DNA from: Candidatus Heimdallarchaeota archaeon
GTDB taxonomy: Archaea; Asgardarchaeota; Heimdallarchaeia; Heimdallarchaeales; Kariarchaeaceae
Direction: 5' to 3'
DNA: 19,016 bases
Assembly: GCA_015523565.1 (NCBI GenBank)
Contig: WAKA01000117.1
Location: 1-19,016 of the forward strand
The notes beneath the pieces are model-generated. The model searched no databases. It was not told the origin of the DNA and saw only the letters and a program-made list of their open reading frames with translations. The translations under genes and the position numbers were made by a program. Below are positions 18,724-19,016 of this stretch, in pieces. The stretch's first letter is position 1. Every line of letters begins with the position of its first letter.

Positions 18724-18798
18724 ATGAAAATGTTTTTATGGATGAAATGGGATGCTAAGTTGGTGAAACCCATGGGGTATCGCGAAATGGCTTACTAA
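18724..18798 (+). CDS. Putative Met-rich leader peptide (uORF) of metG, MKMFLWMKWDAKLVKPMGYREMAY
   Basis: Hand translation gives 24 codons, 5 of them ATG (18724, 18730, 18742, 18772, 18787), with stop TAA at 18796-18798. Directly upstream of methionyl-tRNA synthetase. Translation is not demonstrated. Confidence 0.55.
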   Translation: MKMFLWMKWDAKLVKPMGYREMAY

Positions 18799-18899
18799 CA
18801 TTTATCTTTTCGACAGCCTGACCTATGGGTTTTCATTTGTTTTAAATTGTCAACCATTTCCAATTAGGGAACCAAAGGTTGAAATTTTTCAAATTTTTT
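18762..18899 (+). promoter_or_regulatory. Structured metG leader: two hairpins, each followed by a U-rich tract
   Basis: Stem 1: 18762-18776 pairs with 18822-18837 (15 bp, 3 G-U, 1 bulge), then TGTTTT. Stem 2: TCAACC 18850-18855 / GGTTGA 18877-18882 with inner TTCC/GGAA, then TTTTTCAAATTTTTT. Confidence 0.55.
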
Positions 18900-18908
18900 A
18901 TGAGGTGA

Positions 18909-19016
18909 ATGCTATTGACTGAAGAAAAATATATTGTAACAAGCGCCCTTCCATACATAAATGGAGTCAAGCACATTGGAAATTTAGTTGGTTCATTGTT
19001 GCCTGCAGACATATAT
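18909..19016 (+). CDS. metG: Methionyl-tRNA synthetase, N-terminal part (runs off the window)
   Basis: [36 protein letters not shown] contains TSALPY-N and the class I HIGH-type motif (HIGN) typical of MetRS. SD GAGGTGA at 18902-18908. The true start may be TTG 18915, which has better SD spacing. Confidence 0.93.
   Translation, partial: MLLTEEKYIVTSALPYINGVKHIGNLVGSLLPADIY

Noticed and set aside
18722-18908. T-box or SAM riboswitch upstream of metG
   Set aside because: No T-box consensus (AAGGTGGTACC-like) or SAM-I core (ATC...GAT with AGA/GAGG elements) is visible by eye. An Rfam search would be needed to exclude them fully.

Overview
AT-rich archaeal chromosomal window. The archaeal call rests on a HerA-Mre11-Rad50 operon, an RFC large subunit with a PIP box, GGTGA/GGAGG Shine-Dalgarno (SD) motifs and TATA-like boxes. 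An Asgard/Heimdallarchaeia origin is plausible but is only an inference. Gene order: copA (+), copZ (-), herA-mre11-rad50 (+, no nurA), a MoaD/SAMP-like ubiquitin-fold protein (-), an unknown membrane-anchored surface glycoprotein (+), rfcL (+), a carbon-nitrogen hydrolase (-), a three-gene mycobacterial Sdh1-like (type F) succinate dehydrogenase operon (+), an S9 peptidase (-), and the first 36 codons of methionyl-tRNA synthetase (+, missing from the ORF track). The most interesting signal is the metG leader. It holds a 24-codon uORF with 5 Met codons (MKMFLWMKWDAKLVKPMGYREMAY), 8 ATGs in 66 nt, and mutually exclusive RNA pairings followed by U-tracts. This is the layout of a Met-sensing, ribosome-mediated attenuator, here in an archaeon. 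Other points of note: a Cu-ATPase that looks eukaryote-like (ATP7/HMA5), a PIP-like tail on Mre11, a nested inverted-repeat element upstream of sdh, and two convergent gene pairs that share a TTAA stop. No rRNA, tRNA, CRISPR array or transposase was seen.
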